Shown piece after piece: positions 44,054-53,662 of a stretch of DNA of 64,000 nt. Each line of letters starts with the position of its first letter. Position 1 is the stretch's first letter. Under the pieces are notes generated by a model. That model was given only the letters and a program-made list of their open reading frames with translations, made no database searches and was not told the origin of the DNA. The stretch lies in sequence record PP942979.1, one strand, 5' to 3'. A program made the translations under genes and the position numbers.

Positions 44054-44293
44054 TCAAAGCTGCTCAGAGGTGATCTGACCATCTTGATACAGTTCGCGCT
44101 TACGCGCTTTCCACGTTGAAGAAAGTTCAGAGAAGAACTCTCTCGCACGATCATCGTCAAGCTCAAACGGTTGCTGTACGCCATACTTAGCGCACAGGCC
44201 ATTGAACGTTGCATTGTACTCGGTCTGCAAAAGCGATTTGTCTGCGCTCTCGCTGATATACTGCTTGGCCGACATGGCTACTGTTAGTTGCAT
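44054..44293 (-). CDS. small hypothetical protein (possible head-associated protein)
   Basis: EYNATF...KYGV..P.ELDDD..REFF pattern seen in T4-like head proteins; weak. Confidence 0.55.
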   Translation of the reverse strand: MQLTVAMSAKQYISESADKSLLQTEYNATFNGLCAKYGVQQPFELDDDRAREFFSELSSTWKARKRELYQDGQITSEQL

Positions 44294-44328
44294 GATACCA
44301 TCCTCTTATTATCTACTCGCATAAATTA

Positions 44329-44928
44329 TCATGCGAATTTCAAAACGAGGTCGTTCACGATAACAGCCTTAGACTGGTCGGTAGGCGTTGTGTTATTTGC
44401 ATACACTTTACCCCCAACCAGGCGTAAGTCTGCATTCGACACCTCGCTGCCAACACTACACACAGCAAGAAATGCAGCGCCTGCATCGTTGTTGCCTGTC
44501 TGCAAGTTGATCGTGTTTGAGTACGCACCGACAACAATACACCAAGTAGGCGTAGCGTCTTTCAGGAAATAACTCGAACGGTTATCGCTGTACGAGACAG
44601 CAAGGCGCATGTTCATCGCAGACGCAAGCAGCACAGGCACGTTATTGGCAAGCAGTGATATAGCAGCCTTGTTGCCTGTAACACCACCAACATAGTCAGC
44701 AACGCGGGCATTCAACAGAGGCCCGATGCGCGTGTACACTGCGCTGTTGCCTGCCAATTGAGTAGCCTCGGCAAGCAGTGCCTGTACTTCTGCTTTAGTA
44801 GGCATCGTGCCTGTATAAAACAGAATTGAGTTGGTAGTTGTGGTGAACGAGGTAGGGACCGCGCCCCCAACAAGACCGTTGTACGCACTACGCATCATCG
44901 CATTCGCTGTAGCAGGAAGCATTCTCAT
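44329..44928 (-). CDS. virion structural protein, paralog family A (short form)
   Basis: ILFYTGTMP, ATPTWC, VGSEVSNADLRLVGG shared with paralogs. Confidence 0.7.
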   Translation of the reverse strand: MRMLPATANAMMRSAYNGLVGGAVPTSFTTTTNSILFYTGTMPTKAEVQALLAEATQLAGNSAVYTRIGPLLNARVADYVGGVTGNKAAISLLANNVPVLLASAMNMRLAVSYSDNRSSYFLKDATPTWCIVVGAYSNTINLQTGNNDAGAAFLAVCSVGSEVSNADLRLVGGKVYANNTTPTDQSKAVIVNDLVLKFA

Positions 44929-45839
44929 TACGCACCCTCCACAAAGTTGTCAGCTATACGAATGGTCAGATCAGAAACAGCCATCATGCCATACTCACCA
45001 ATAGAAGTCGTACCCAGTGTAATATCTGTGCCTACATCCAGCACCATGCCGAAGTAGTCCTCAGTTGTAGAGCCTAGGTAGGCTTGAGTTGTACTCGGCA
45101 CACTTCCCGTCAGTGGTACAAGCACAACGTGCGTCAGAGCAGCAACAACAAAGTCACTGCCTTTCTCGACATACGGAGTGAATGACAACTGGTTCGTAGT
45201 AGACGTACCGTTCATGCTCAAGCGTAACTTACGCGCCAGAATATTCAGACCATCATTCATGCCTGTAGTGACAGTGATACGCGTCCAGGCCAGAGTTGTC
45301 GGGTCTTGGTACTCAAGGCGAATGTTACCGGCATTGATTACGTTCGCATTTGGAATAAAGAACGAACGGAAGCGTAGAGTACGGCCGTAGTCGTATTCCA
45401 CTGTATCGTTCGCGTCCCACGCAGGAGCAACACCGACAGCTACGTCAGAGCAAGCAGCAACGTTGGCAAGCACCTGTTGTGGTGTCTTGCTCCATCCGGC
45501 GCTTGGCGTATAACGAGAATATTCAGGAAACACAGCATACGTCTGAATAGGCTGTTTGGTAATGGGGTCGATTGTAACACGACCCTGACCGTAGCCGCCA
45601 ATCGGCATAAGACTGCGTGCCTTGCTGTACTGACGGCATAAGATACCGTTAGCATCGGCGACCTGAGTCTGGTACTTGATCTCCACGGCAGCACGAGACG
45701 AAGCGACAAGGTCAACCAACGTCTTAGGAACGTTGTTGCTACTACCGTTTCGAAAGAACGCTGCCCAGCCACTTGCGTTTGTAGAAGTGCCTACAGTTTG
45801 CAGTAGCTGGTAGAGCGCTTGTTTTTCAGAGACTAACAT
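44928..45839 (-). CDS. virion structural protein, family A long form with a discoidin-like insert
   Basis: VEYDYG..RLEYQ..W..ARKLRL insert; C-terminal VGTDITL. Confidence 0.65.
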   Translation of the reverse strand: MLVSEKQALYQLLQTVGTSTNASGWAAFFRNGSSNNVPKTLVDLVASSRAAVEIKYQTQVADANGILCRQYSKARSLMPIGGYGQGRVTIDPITKQPIQTYAVFPEYSRYTPSAGWSKTPQQVLANVAACSDVAVGVAPAWDANDTVEYDYGRTLRFRSFFIPNANVINAGNIRLEYQDPTTLAWTRITVTTGMNDGLNILARKLRLSMNGTSTTNQLSFTPYVEKGSDFVVAALTHVVLVPLTGSVPSTTQAYLGSTTEDYFGMVLDVGTDITLGTTSIGEYGMMAVSDLTIRIADNFVEGA

Positions 45840-45848
45840 AATGCCTCC

Positions 45849-46382
45849 TTAGAGTTTGATACGCATATCAGCGACACGCAGAGGCTGACCAGCAACAACA
45901 GCACCGCCCAGGATTTTCATATCAGCAGTAGAGTTCTCGTCACCAACAGTACCGACGATGCAGTTATACAGGTTAGTGCCTGTAGTAAAGCCTGACCACG
46001 TATCAATGGTCGTACCCGCAGAACACTGACGCATCATGAACCACGTAGGCGTACCAGAAGCAGCGATGTTGAAAACGTTAGGCTGGCTGCTCAGTGGCAG
46101 ATTCAGTACGTTGTTATCGTAGTCCATGGTAGGAGTGAACGTACCAAGAGATACGTTGCCTAAGAAGTTTGCTGTGGTTGCGAATGCAGAAATGGCAGCG
46201 GCCGACCACGTAGTTTGAGTGCTCGCAGTCGTCAACAGAGCCTGTAGTTGTTCATCAGTTGGCGGAGTACCTGAGAACAAAGCAAGGTGAGTCAAGTTGC
46301 CGCCAACAGATGCACCCGGCAGCATACGAGTGCAGATAGCAATCTGAGACTGTAGTGTGTTGTAGGCTTTAGAAACGCGCAT
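45849..46382 (-). CDS. virion structural protein, family A (short form)
   Basis: LALFSGTPP, GTPTWF, VGTVGDENSTADMKILGG. Confidence 0.7.
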   Translation of the reverse strand: MRVSKAYNTLQSQIAICTRMLPGASVGGNLTHLALFSGTPPTDEQLQALLTTASTQTTWSAAAISAFATTANFLGNVSLGTFTPTMDYDNNVLNLPLSSQPNVFNIAASGTPTWFMMRQCSAGTTIDTWSGFTTGTNLYNCIVGTVGDENSTADMKILGGAVVAGQPLRVADMRIKL

Positions 46383-46383
46383 G

Positions 46384-47448
46384 TTAGTATACCTCAGTTG
46401 CGACAGGTTTATAAGTTACAGTGAACGAGCTAATAGCCTGTTCCTGCGCAGGGTAAACAGTGGCGTCGTTAATAACGAGGTCGTAGTTCGCTGCCTGTTT
46501 CAGATCGTCAGTGATAGATACGCCATAGTGCGCAAAGTAACGACCAAATGATATAGCCGCCAGATTGACGGAGAAGGATGGTGTTGTCCACACAGCTCCG
46601 TAGGCGAAAGGTACCATGACGGCGTGCTGAATCTTGCCCAAAACACGCGGCGAAGTACCAGAAGCATAATCACCGTAGAAGTGCAGAGCGAATACACCGA
46701 CGCCGTTAGGGAATGGGTTTGCCGCAGCTTTCGATACGATGCGGAAGCGACGGGCCTGAACAGTAGCTGGAAGCTGGAAGAACTTCTCTGAGTTCAGGGC
46801 AGTAGCAGGCAGATTAACAGACAGGTTAGTGACGTCTACCCACGAACTGCCTTGCTGCATCTGTAAGAACAATGCAGTGGCTGCGCTGTTGATAAACAGG
46901 TTATTCGAGCTGTCTGTTTGCGTAAATCCAGCGAGAGAGTTGATAACCACTTCGGCGCCAAAGTCATACTCAGCAAACGTCCAGGAACCATCAGCATTGG
47001 CCTGCTTCACTGCCGGAATAGAAGCGGTCTTAGCCAGTGCAGCACAAGAGGTCAGCGTTGCGTTTTGAGTAGACGCACAGCGATGGGCCATGATAGTGGC
47101 AAAGATAACATCCAGCTGGGAACCGAACTGAGACAGGTTACCTACTAGATCTTGGTAGACCGTGCTGTATGTGGCGAACGTCACTTTTGGCAGTACGCGC
47201 TTGCCGCGATAACCCTGAACTGTAGTCCACGCAGGAGCAGGAGATACCTGATAATTGGAGACAGTTGTTGGAAGGGCCTGATGTTGGGAGTTACCAAGTT
47301 GAGTCTGCAAGAACGCACGGCTGCTTACCATGTTGTTCAGAACGGTTTGCAGATCGTAGTTCAACGTGGCGGGAAGATTCCCTTCCATAAATGCGCCGAA
47401 CACTACTAGAGGAGTGTTCTGATAAATCGGTAGAATTTTCATATTCAT
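46384..47448 (-). CDS. virion structural protein, family A long form with a discoidin-like insert
   Basis: FAEYDFGAEV..SWVDV..LPATVQARRFRIV; ITDDLK tail. Confidence 0.7.
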   Translation of the reverse strand: MNMKILPIYQNTPLVVFGAFMEGNLPATLNYDLQTVLNNMVSSRAFLQTQLGNSQHQALPTTVSNYQVSPAPAWTTVQGYRGKRVLPKVTFATYSTVYQDLVGNLSQFGSQLDVIFATIMAHRCASTQNATLTSCAALAKTASIPAVKQANADGSWTFAEYDFGAEVVINSLAGFTQTDSSNNLFINSAATALFLQMQQGSSWVDVTNLSVNLPATALNSEKFFQLPATVQARRFRIVSKAAANPFPNGVGVFALHFYGDYASGTSPRVLGKIQHAVMVPFAYGAVWTTPSFSVNLAAISFGRYFAHYGVSITDDLKQAANYDLVINDATVYPAQEQAISSFTVTYKPVATEVY

Positions 47449-47479
47449 GCCCTTGGTTTAAAGACAGTTCAAATTAATG

Positions 47480-47504
47480 ACGTGGCAGCCGAAGCCACCA
47501 CGTA
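47480..47504 (-). terminator. hairpin of the GGTGGC-TTCG-GCTGCC family (weak U-tract)
   Basis: ACGTGGTGGC-TTCG-GCTGCCACGT on the - strand. Confidence 0.5.
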
Positions 47505-47508
47505 AGTA

Positions 47509-48033
47509 TTACAGTTGAATGGTAAGATCAAGGAAGCGATAAGCCTGACCCGTCTTAATCGTACCGCCAATGAACTGTAGTTCCGCATCAGACCCTTGAT
47601 CGCCGACAGTGCCTATCCAGAAAGGACCAGCTATCGCAGTATTGTATGCAAAGCCGGCCCACGAGGCCACAGTGTTCGAAGTAATGCTACGCGCAACATA
47701 GAACGTAGGCGTGCCGTCAGCCTCTCCGGTCAATGTCGAAGATAAACCCCCAAACGGCAAAGTCACTGTACGAGCGACCGCATTAACTATGGGCGTCATT
47801 GGAGGGCAAGCCATATCTCCGAGATAGTTTGTTTGGAGCAGACCGAGATTTGATACAACGCTTGCCCAGTTGAGCACACTACCTACACCACCATGAGGCA
47901 TCAAGTCCAGCGCTTTGCTGATCTTAGGTGCAGTGCCTTTGAATAACGCTATGTGCAAAAGCCCGTTGGAGATCTGAACCGCAGGAAACGCAGCATTCAT
48001 CTGAGCAAGCGAAAGACCTTTATTGCTAATCAT
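47509..48033 (-). CDS. virion structural protein, family A (short form)
   Basis: IALFKGTAP, GTPTFY, IGTVGDQGSDAELQFIGG. Confidence 0.7.
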   Translation of the reverse strand: MISNKGLSLAQMNAAFPAVQISNGLLHIALFKGTAPKISKALDLMPHGGVGSVLNWASVVSNLGLLQTNYLGDMACPPMTPIVNAVARTVTLPFGGLSSTLTGEADGTPTFYVARSITSNTVASWAGFAYNTAIAGPFWIGTVGDQGSDAELQFIGGTIKTGQAYRFLDLTIQL

Positions 48034-49106
48034 ACGCCCCTCCCAACGAGTGCATCTTGCTTAATACGGAACGTCGGCACAGGTGCTTCACCGAACGTTA
48101 TGCTGTAGCTTGTGTCCGGCATAACGATATCCGTACTGGCACCTAACTTGAGATCGTCAGTGACAGTAAGGTGTGTCATTCCAAAGTAACGACCGGCAAC
48201 AGTCGCAGCAACCGCAGGAAGATTGAAGTTCCACGGCGTACTGTTTGCGTAGCTCGCATTCGCCATCAGGTTCAGTATAGACATATGCTTGTACTTACCT
48301 AATGTGCGTGGCTTCGTTCCTGTATAGTTGCCGTAGAACTGCAAGCTAAACGGATAGTGCCCTGTAGTAGACCATGGCCATGCTACTGTTTTGTTGATCA
48401 GACGCCACTTCTGCGCTTTAATTGTCGCAGGTAGGCTGTAGGCAACAGGCGAGTAGTTGCTGGTGGTACGAACGTTTGCGTAAATATCTACAGCATCAGT
48501 CCAGACATCCCCGATAAGAGCTTGCAGCACAGTGCCTTGAGTACCGAGAGGCATAAGTGAAGCAACACCGGCACCTATGTTCACACCAACAAGTCCTTTA
48601 AGTTCCATCTCAGCGCCGAAGTCATACTCGGCCATCAGCCAGTTACCTGCCTCGGTAAGACTGTATTGAGGACTCAGATAGTTGCCTGTGTTTACTGAGA
48701 ACTGCGTCTGCGTCGTGCCCATCTTGTGCGCGAGAATGGTAACAGCCACGCTCTCATTGTACGCATTGACGGTAGTGGCGAAACGCGCATCAAGCGCAGG
48801 CAGTCGTACCTTAGGCACGATTCGCATCAACGCATTAATAGCGGCACCGTAGCCCAAAGAGCCGCTAAACTCTACCCACGCAGGATAGAAGTTCGTGCTG
48901 AGAAACGTCGATGCAGTTACTGGGTTGAACTGCCAACGAAACGGCGCAGTGCTTGCAGGCTGCTTTTGAAACAAGCGAATGGCAATAGCATCGTTGAAGG
49001 TGCTATGAATACCACGCTCACCATTTGCAGGCACATCGGTGTCATACAACAGACCCAGCGAGAACACCGAAGCAATGTTCGCCGCTTGGTACGGGAAAAG
49101 TTCCAT
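48030..49106 (-). CDS. virion structural protein, family A long form with a discoidin-like insert
   Basis: MAEYDFGAEM..VWTDA..LPATIKAQKWRLI; VTDDLK tail; closest paralog of 46384. Confidence 0.7.
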   Translation of the reverse strand: MELFPYQAANIASVFSLGLLYDTDVPANGERGIHSTFNDAIAIRLFQKQPASTAPFRWQFNPVTASTFLSTNFYPAWVEFSGSLGYGAAINALMRIVPKVRLPALDARFATTVNAYNESVAVTILAHKMGTTQTQFSVNTGNYLSPQYSLTEAGNWLMAEYDFGAEMELKGLVGVNIGAGVASLMPLGTQGTVLQALIGDVWTDAVDIYANVRTTSNYSPVAYSLPATIKAQKWRLINKTVAWPWSTTGHYPFSLQFYGNYTGTKPRTLGKYKHMSILNLMANASYANSTPWNFNLPAVAATVAGRYFGMTHLTVTDDLKLGASTDIVMPDTSYSITFGEAPVPTFRIKQDALVGRGV

Positions 49107-49115
49107 AGCGCGTCC

Positions 49116-49697
49116 TTAGCTGAATGTGATGTTGTTAAGAATGATAGTGCCATTCAGATTGAACGTACCATCGTTATTGTCCGTGAGAGACGCACCCATA
49201 GCAATCAGATCCTGAGCTGTGAACTCAACAACCGTAGCAACTCCAACAGTTGCAGGAGCGAGTGTAGTGGTGGTCTGACTAATGAACAGATACATGCGAT
49301 TGAAAGGCTTCGCATAGGAGAAGCGACCAAGCAGACTATTCAGGTCAAACATGCGCTTACCATTGCCTGCGTTGACAACACGCAAAGTACCTGTCGAGGC
49401 ATAAGCAGTGTCCATCACGCATCCTGGAACGTTAGCTGCCAGATAAGTACGCAGAGAGTTCAGGCTAAACAGAGCTTGCGCTTGGTTAGTCCAGGTGTTA
49501 TCAGGCACCGCATCTCCTGAGGAGAACACAATCGCGGCAGCAGGCTCAGCAGAGACATGCGTACCACCAGCTTGCATCGCATTTGCCGCATTGTATGCAG
49601 TGACTGAGCTAGGCAGCCACGGAGCTTCAACAACAGCAGCCGCAGATGAACCCAAAACATCGCCACGCATATTGAGCATCGCTTTAGAGATATACAT
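49116..49697 (-). CDS. putative virion structural protein (divergent family A short form)
   Basis: Position in the array, IVFSSGDAVP, Ala/Thr/Asn-rich. Confidence 0.55.
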   Translation of the reverse strand: MYISKAMLNMRGDVLGSSAAAVVEAPWLPSSVTAYNAANAMQAGGTHVSAEPAAAIVFSSGDAVPDNTWTNQAQALFSLNSLRTYLAANVPGCVMDTAYASTGTLRVVNAGNGKRMFDLNSLLGRFSYAKPFNRMYLFISQTTTTLAPATVGVATVVEFTAQDLIAMGASLTDNNDGTFNLNGTIILNNITFS

Positions 49698-50599
49698 CAG
49701 CTACTCCTTTGAGTGAAGCGAAGTTTGGGGCAGTACATCATGTTCTTCTGATTAGGATAAACCTGATCAGTCAACTTGAATGGACCCTGCGTACCGACAG
49801 CACCGGCAGTAAACATGATGTTGTCAGAGTAATCAGTATCGCCATGCGTGAACGTATTGCAGTGTGCAAGAGCCGCCCACGAAGGAGAGGTCACGGCGCT
49901 GGCTGATGGCGTGTCTACAGAACTAAGCAGAATACGCATAGCAGTAACAGAGGTCGCAGTAGAACTTTTATAGCGGTAGCGCTTAGACGCAACAGGTGCA
50001 GATAAAGCCAGACACGTAGAGTCACCAGCAATAGCAGCCGCGTTGCCCAACGATACTTCCTGCCCCTGATCATCAACAGCAACAAGGGAGAAGATAGAGT
50101 TAGGAGTTGTGTTGTACTTAACGTGCGTCACAGTCACCGGAGTGTCGAACTCAAAGTCAATATCAACTCCTCCCATACGCGCAGCAGGTACGTTGCCGCT
50201 ACCTGATCCCATAATCAACGTGACGTCGCGATCAGTAATGCCTGAACGAGTGATACGGTGAGGCATAAGCTGAGATACCACAGTAGCAGCAGTACCAACG
50301 GGCCCATAGTACGATACCCCTTTGGGGATGTACTGAGATTGGAGAGCAAGTGCAATCACGTTGCCGTTCTCAATTCCAGTAATAGGGTTTCGCACAAAGC
50401 CGATTGCCTGATTGTACATATCGGCGAGTGACTTATTGTTGAAGGCTGCATCAAAGCCTTCTTTTGACGTAGGCAGCTTGCCACTAAACGCAAACAGATT
50501 CCAGCCTGCCCCTGCATTAGGGTCATTGAGCATGGTTGCGTTATTCGCGTTTGTGCCAACAACGGACTGCGCCATGATGCGTGTGTTAATGATCTTCAT
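49697..50599 (-). CDS. virion structural protein, family A long form
   Basis: LFAFSGKLP, IDFEFDTPV..ASKRYRY insert, AGAVGTQG tail. Confidence 0.65.
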   Translation of the reverse strand: MKIINTRIMAQSVVGTNANNATMLNDPNAGAGWNLFAFSGKLPTSKEGFDAAFNNKSLADMYNQAIGFVRNPITGIENGNVIALALQSQYIPKGVSYYGPVGTAATVVSQLMPHRITRSGITDRDVTLIMGSGSGNVPAARMGGVDIDFEFDTPVTVTHVKYNTTPNSIFSLVAVDDQGQEVSLGNAAAIAGDSTCLALSAPVASKRYRYKSSTATSVTAMRILLSSVDTPSASAVTSPSWAALAHCNTFTHGDTDYSDNIMFTAGAVGTQGPFKLTDQVYPNQKNMMYCPKLRFTQRSS

Positions 50600-51054
50600 T
50601 AGCTCACCACCGGTGCAACAGATTTATTATTCGCTTTCGTGTCAGACAGATCGAGCGTAGGAACAGACACACGGAACACAATGTTGTCGTACAGAGGTTC
50701 AATCGTCTGATCTGTTACGAACGCACCACTGACAAGAGGAGCATCCACACGAGGTGCTGCTGGGTTCGACACGAAAGTACGTGGCGTAAACTTCGACTGT
50801 ACCTGAGTAGCAGCAGGACCGTTGAGAACAATCTGGTCTGCGTCAGATACGCGCTGGTTAAGAATCTGCGTCCACGTATAGATAGGCAGGTAAGCAGACA
50901 GAGAAGACGTAACACGTTCCTGAGAGAATGCGGAAACTTTCTCGTTGGTCGTCGGCTTCACAGGCTGAGATGCAGTGCTTATCTCAAGCTGAGACATAAC
51001 GAACACGTAGTCAGCAAAGAGATCTGGGTCATACGCAATAACTGGTACGAACAT
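50599..51054 (-). CDS. putative virion structural protein (151 aa)
   Basis: TAATG-coupled within the array. Confidence 0.55.
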   Translation of the reverse strand: MFVPVIAYDPDLFADYVFVMSQLEISTASQPVKPTTNEKVSAFSQERVTSSLSAYLPIYTWTQILNQRVSDADQIVLNGPAATQVQSKFTPRTFVSNPAAPRVDAPLVSGAFVTDQTIEPLYDNIVFRVSVPTLDLSDTKANNKSVAPVVS

Positions 51055-52139
51055 TAGTAGACTCCTTGACGAATGCTGTAGTGATCGATGATGGCCGTGC
51101 AGGAAGCAGATGCACCAGAACCGTAACCACCAGTAACAGTGAACGCAGCGCTGTTGGACATTTTCATCACGTACACAAAGGTATCAACCTGAGTGCCGTC
51201 AATGTAGATAGTGTGCGTACCAGTAACTGCATCATACACGTACTTGAAGCGAACAGGCACGGTAGTTTTTAACGCAGCATACGGAGCCATATCACGCACG
51301 ACTTTCGTTGTACCGCTATCGCCAACGTTGTTGCGCACTACAAAGGCTTTCTCTGTGGTGCGGTCAAACGCTAAGATGCTGCGGTTGGTCAGAGTCGAAT
51401 AGTAACGCAAAGGCTGCCATTCAGCAAAGTCCGTGTCTGACGTTTGGGCATAGTCACACTCAATGGTGAATGACTTGCTTACGTCAACGATGTTGCTGTT
51501 ATTGTATTGCAGCACACCGGTGGTACCCATGTTGATACCATTAGCCACAAGCTTAACGTCACCAGACATGCCATATTGGTTGCCGATGTAATCAAAGAAC
51601 GAACCAGTATTAAACGCATTGGCATCGAACGCAGTTACTTCATTTCCCGGCAGCCACGTAGCGAGCGAGTTCTCAACCCACATGTTGGCAAGAGGAATGT
51701 TAAACGACAGGATAGAAATCTGCGTCTTATATCCGTTCGGGTCGTACTTAACGTTCAGGTCAGGATAGAGCAGAGTCACATCCGTTCCTACGGTCAAGCA
51801 CACAGGCAGAATGCCGCCGAGAATTAAATGCGTAGGTACACCCTCAGCCGTAGCAGTAAGAGCACAGTCAGACACTGTAATCTTCTTACGGTCGATTGTG
51901 CGGACGCAGTTTGTGCCTTTAGCGATCACAGTGCAGATGCCAGTAGAAGCAGCAAGCGCCGCGTCAAACATATAACCTGCACCAGTCTGAGGCTGGAAGT
52001 TCAGGCACTTGTTTAAGTCTGCTTCGACGTAACCTGCATTCAGCTTAACCAAGTAGCAAGACTTATCGTCCGCAGTTGATTGAGCAAACAGACGCGCTAA
52101 CTGAGGCACAGCAGAAGTACCAAAGAGCTTGTAATCCAT
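51054..52139 (-). CDS. virion protein: family A-like N-terminus plus a C-terminal concanavalin/LamG-like domain
   Basis: GVPTHL..LTVGTDVTL; then FTIECD..KYVYD..TIYIDG..IIDHYSI; GAGGT RBS before ATG 52139. Confidence 0.6.
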   Translation of the reverse strand: MDYKLFGTSAVPQLARLFAQSTADDKSCYLVKLNAGYVEADLNKCLNFQPQTGAGYMFDAALAASTGICTVIAKGTNCVRTIDRKKITVSDCALTATAEGVPTHLILGGILPVCLTVGTDVTLLYPDLNVKYDPNGYKTQISILSFNIPLANMWVENSLATWLPGNEVTAFDANAFNTGSFFDYIGNQYGMSGDVKLVANGINMGTTGVLQYNNSNIVDVSKSFTIECDYAQTSDTDFAEWQPLRYYSTLTNRSILAFDRTTEKAFVVRNNVGDSGTTKVVRDMAPYAALKTTVPVRFKYVYDAVTGTHTIYIDGTQVDTFVYVMKMSNSAAFTVTGGYGSGASASCTAIIDHYSIRQGVY

Positions 52140-52140
52140 G

Positions 52141-53097
52141 TTATACCTCGGTAGACAGACGAAGCTGGGCAACCGCAGCGAACTCACCTGGGCCGAGAGA
52201 TGTGGTCATCAACTCGATAGGCTTGCCGCTACCTATAGCACCAACTTCACAGGCAAAGTAAGTAGGAATGTAGTTACCGTTAGCAAGAGCACCGTAGTTA
52301 GTGTCCTGAATAAGAACCATAGCCCACTTAATTGATTTGTATGCAGCGTTACGGCCAACATCAGAAGCAGTAACAGGCAGCACACGACGAGTACCAGAGG
52401 TCTGAATGAAACGGTAGCGCTTAGACTGCGGAATAGCGGTAGCAATCACGTTACCTTCTTGGTTCGCAGCAATTGACCACGAAACAGCAGTGCCTAAGAT
52501 ACCCAGCTCGTCGATAGGTGCAATCGTGCCAGCACACGCAGAGCTAATGTCACCAACATCAGACAACACGCCGTCAATAGTAACAGCGAAGTCATACGTC
52601 AGGTCAGTAGACGACAGATGGATTCCCGGCATAAGTGCGTCATGCGGAACACCTGCGTAATCCCACGGGCGATAGCCAGCAGGACCGATACCCCACAGTG
52701 CTTTGTTACCTGCGTCGTTACTCGTAAGATATGCAGTGTTAATCTGCACCGCGGCAGCACCGTTGTACCCGACAGGACGCGCCTTTGACGGGTAGTGGAT
52801 GGTTGCACCGTTCTTGATCTCATACACATGACCAGAACGCGCTTTCCATCCTTCCTGTTGATCTAAGAGAGGCAACAGACCTTCAGTTGTAGGACGAAGC
52901 ACAAGACGCGTAGCAGCAACTGCGTTATCGAACAGGTTGCGCATGTCATACAGGTGCTGAGAGAAGTTACCCTGAGCGGCCAAGTCAGTATCGAAGAAGA
53001 ACACGTTAACGGTCTGCCCGTTAGACAGGTTCGACGCCCAACCTGAACCCAAGTTGAGCACACTGAACGGCAGTAAGTTGTGTCCTAAGATGCGCAT
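52141..53097 (-). CDS. virion structural protein, family A long form
   Basis: QSKRYRFI insert; IKWAMV..CEVGAIGSGKPIEL tail. Confidence 0.65.
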   Translation of the reverse strand: MRILGHNLLPFSVLNLGSGWASNLSNGQTVNVFFFDTDLAAQGNFSQHLYDMRNLFDNAVAATRLVLRPTTEGLLPLLDQQEGWKARSGHVYEIKNGATIHYPSKARPVGYNGAAAVQINTAYLTSNDAGNKALWGIGPAGYRPWDYAGVPHDALMPGIHLSSTDLTYDFAVTIDGVLSDVGDISSACAGTIAPIDELGILGTAVSWSIAANQEGNVIATAIPQSKRYRFIQTSGTRRVLPVTASDVGRNAAYKSIKWAMVLIQDTNYGALANGNYIPTYFACEVGAIGSGKPIELMTTSLGPGEFAAVAQLRLSTEV

Positions 53098-53594
53098 TAG
53101 AACTCCTTAGAGTCTTTAATAACGGTGGCGAGGAACTTACCGTTACGCAGGTTAGATGACGACAGAATCAAGTCGGCACCTGAACCCGCACCACCGATAG
53201 TCAGAATCAGGAAGCCACCATAAGGCGTGCTTGCAATATCTTTGTTGAAGACAATCACGTTGTACGTGTTCAACAAGTCGGCGATAGAGCCAGCAAATGT
53301 GCCTTGCAGTGTAGCGCTCAGACGGAACTTATATTTGTTATCAGAGCCATGAATCCAGCGCACAGGGTTAACGGTAACAGAAGTCAGATCAAGCACCGCA
53401 GTTGCACCGATAGCTGTCTGCACTGTAGTGCCATCGGCAACAACAATGTTTGCAGGGTCTGGTACTTTAGCGAGGCAGATTGTCTTCTGCATATTTGACA
53501 GGCCGTACTTCAACGGAGGATCAGTAGCTGGACGTTTGCCTGCATCTGGAATCACAATACCGTTGGCGACCAAAGGGAACGAAACTATTTCCAT
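53097..53594 (-). CDS. virion structural protein, family A short form
   Basis: LTIGGAGSGADLILSS tail. Confidence 0.6.
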   Translation of the reverse strand: MEIVSFPLVANGIVIPDAGKRPATDPPLKYGLSNMQKTICLAKVPDPANIVVADGTTVQTAIGATAVLDLTSVTVNPVRWIHGSDNKYKFRLSATLQGTFAGSIADLLNTYNVIVFNKDIASTPYGGFLILTIGGAGSGADLILSSSNLRNGKFLATVIKDSKEF

Positions 53595-53662
53595 TTTGTA
53601 TCTCCAGTTAACTCGCTATAAATTACTGACAAGTCGAATCGCATAGGAAGTCAAAACTTGTC

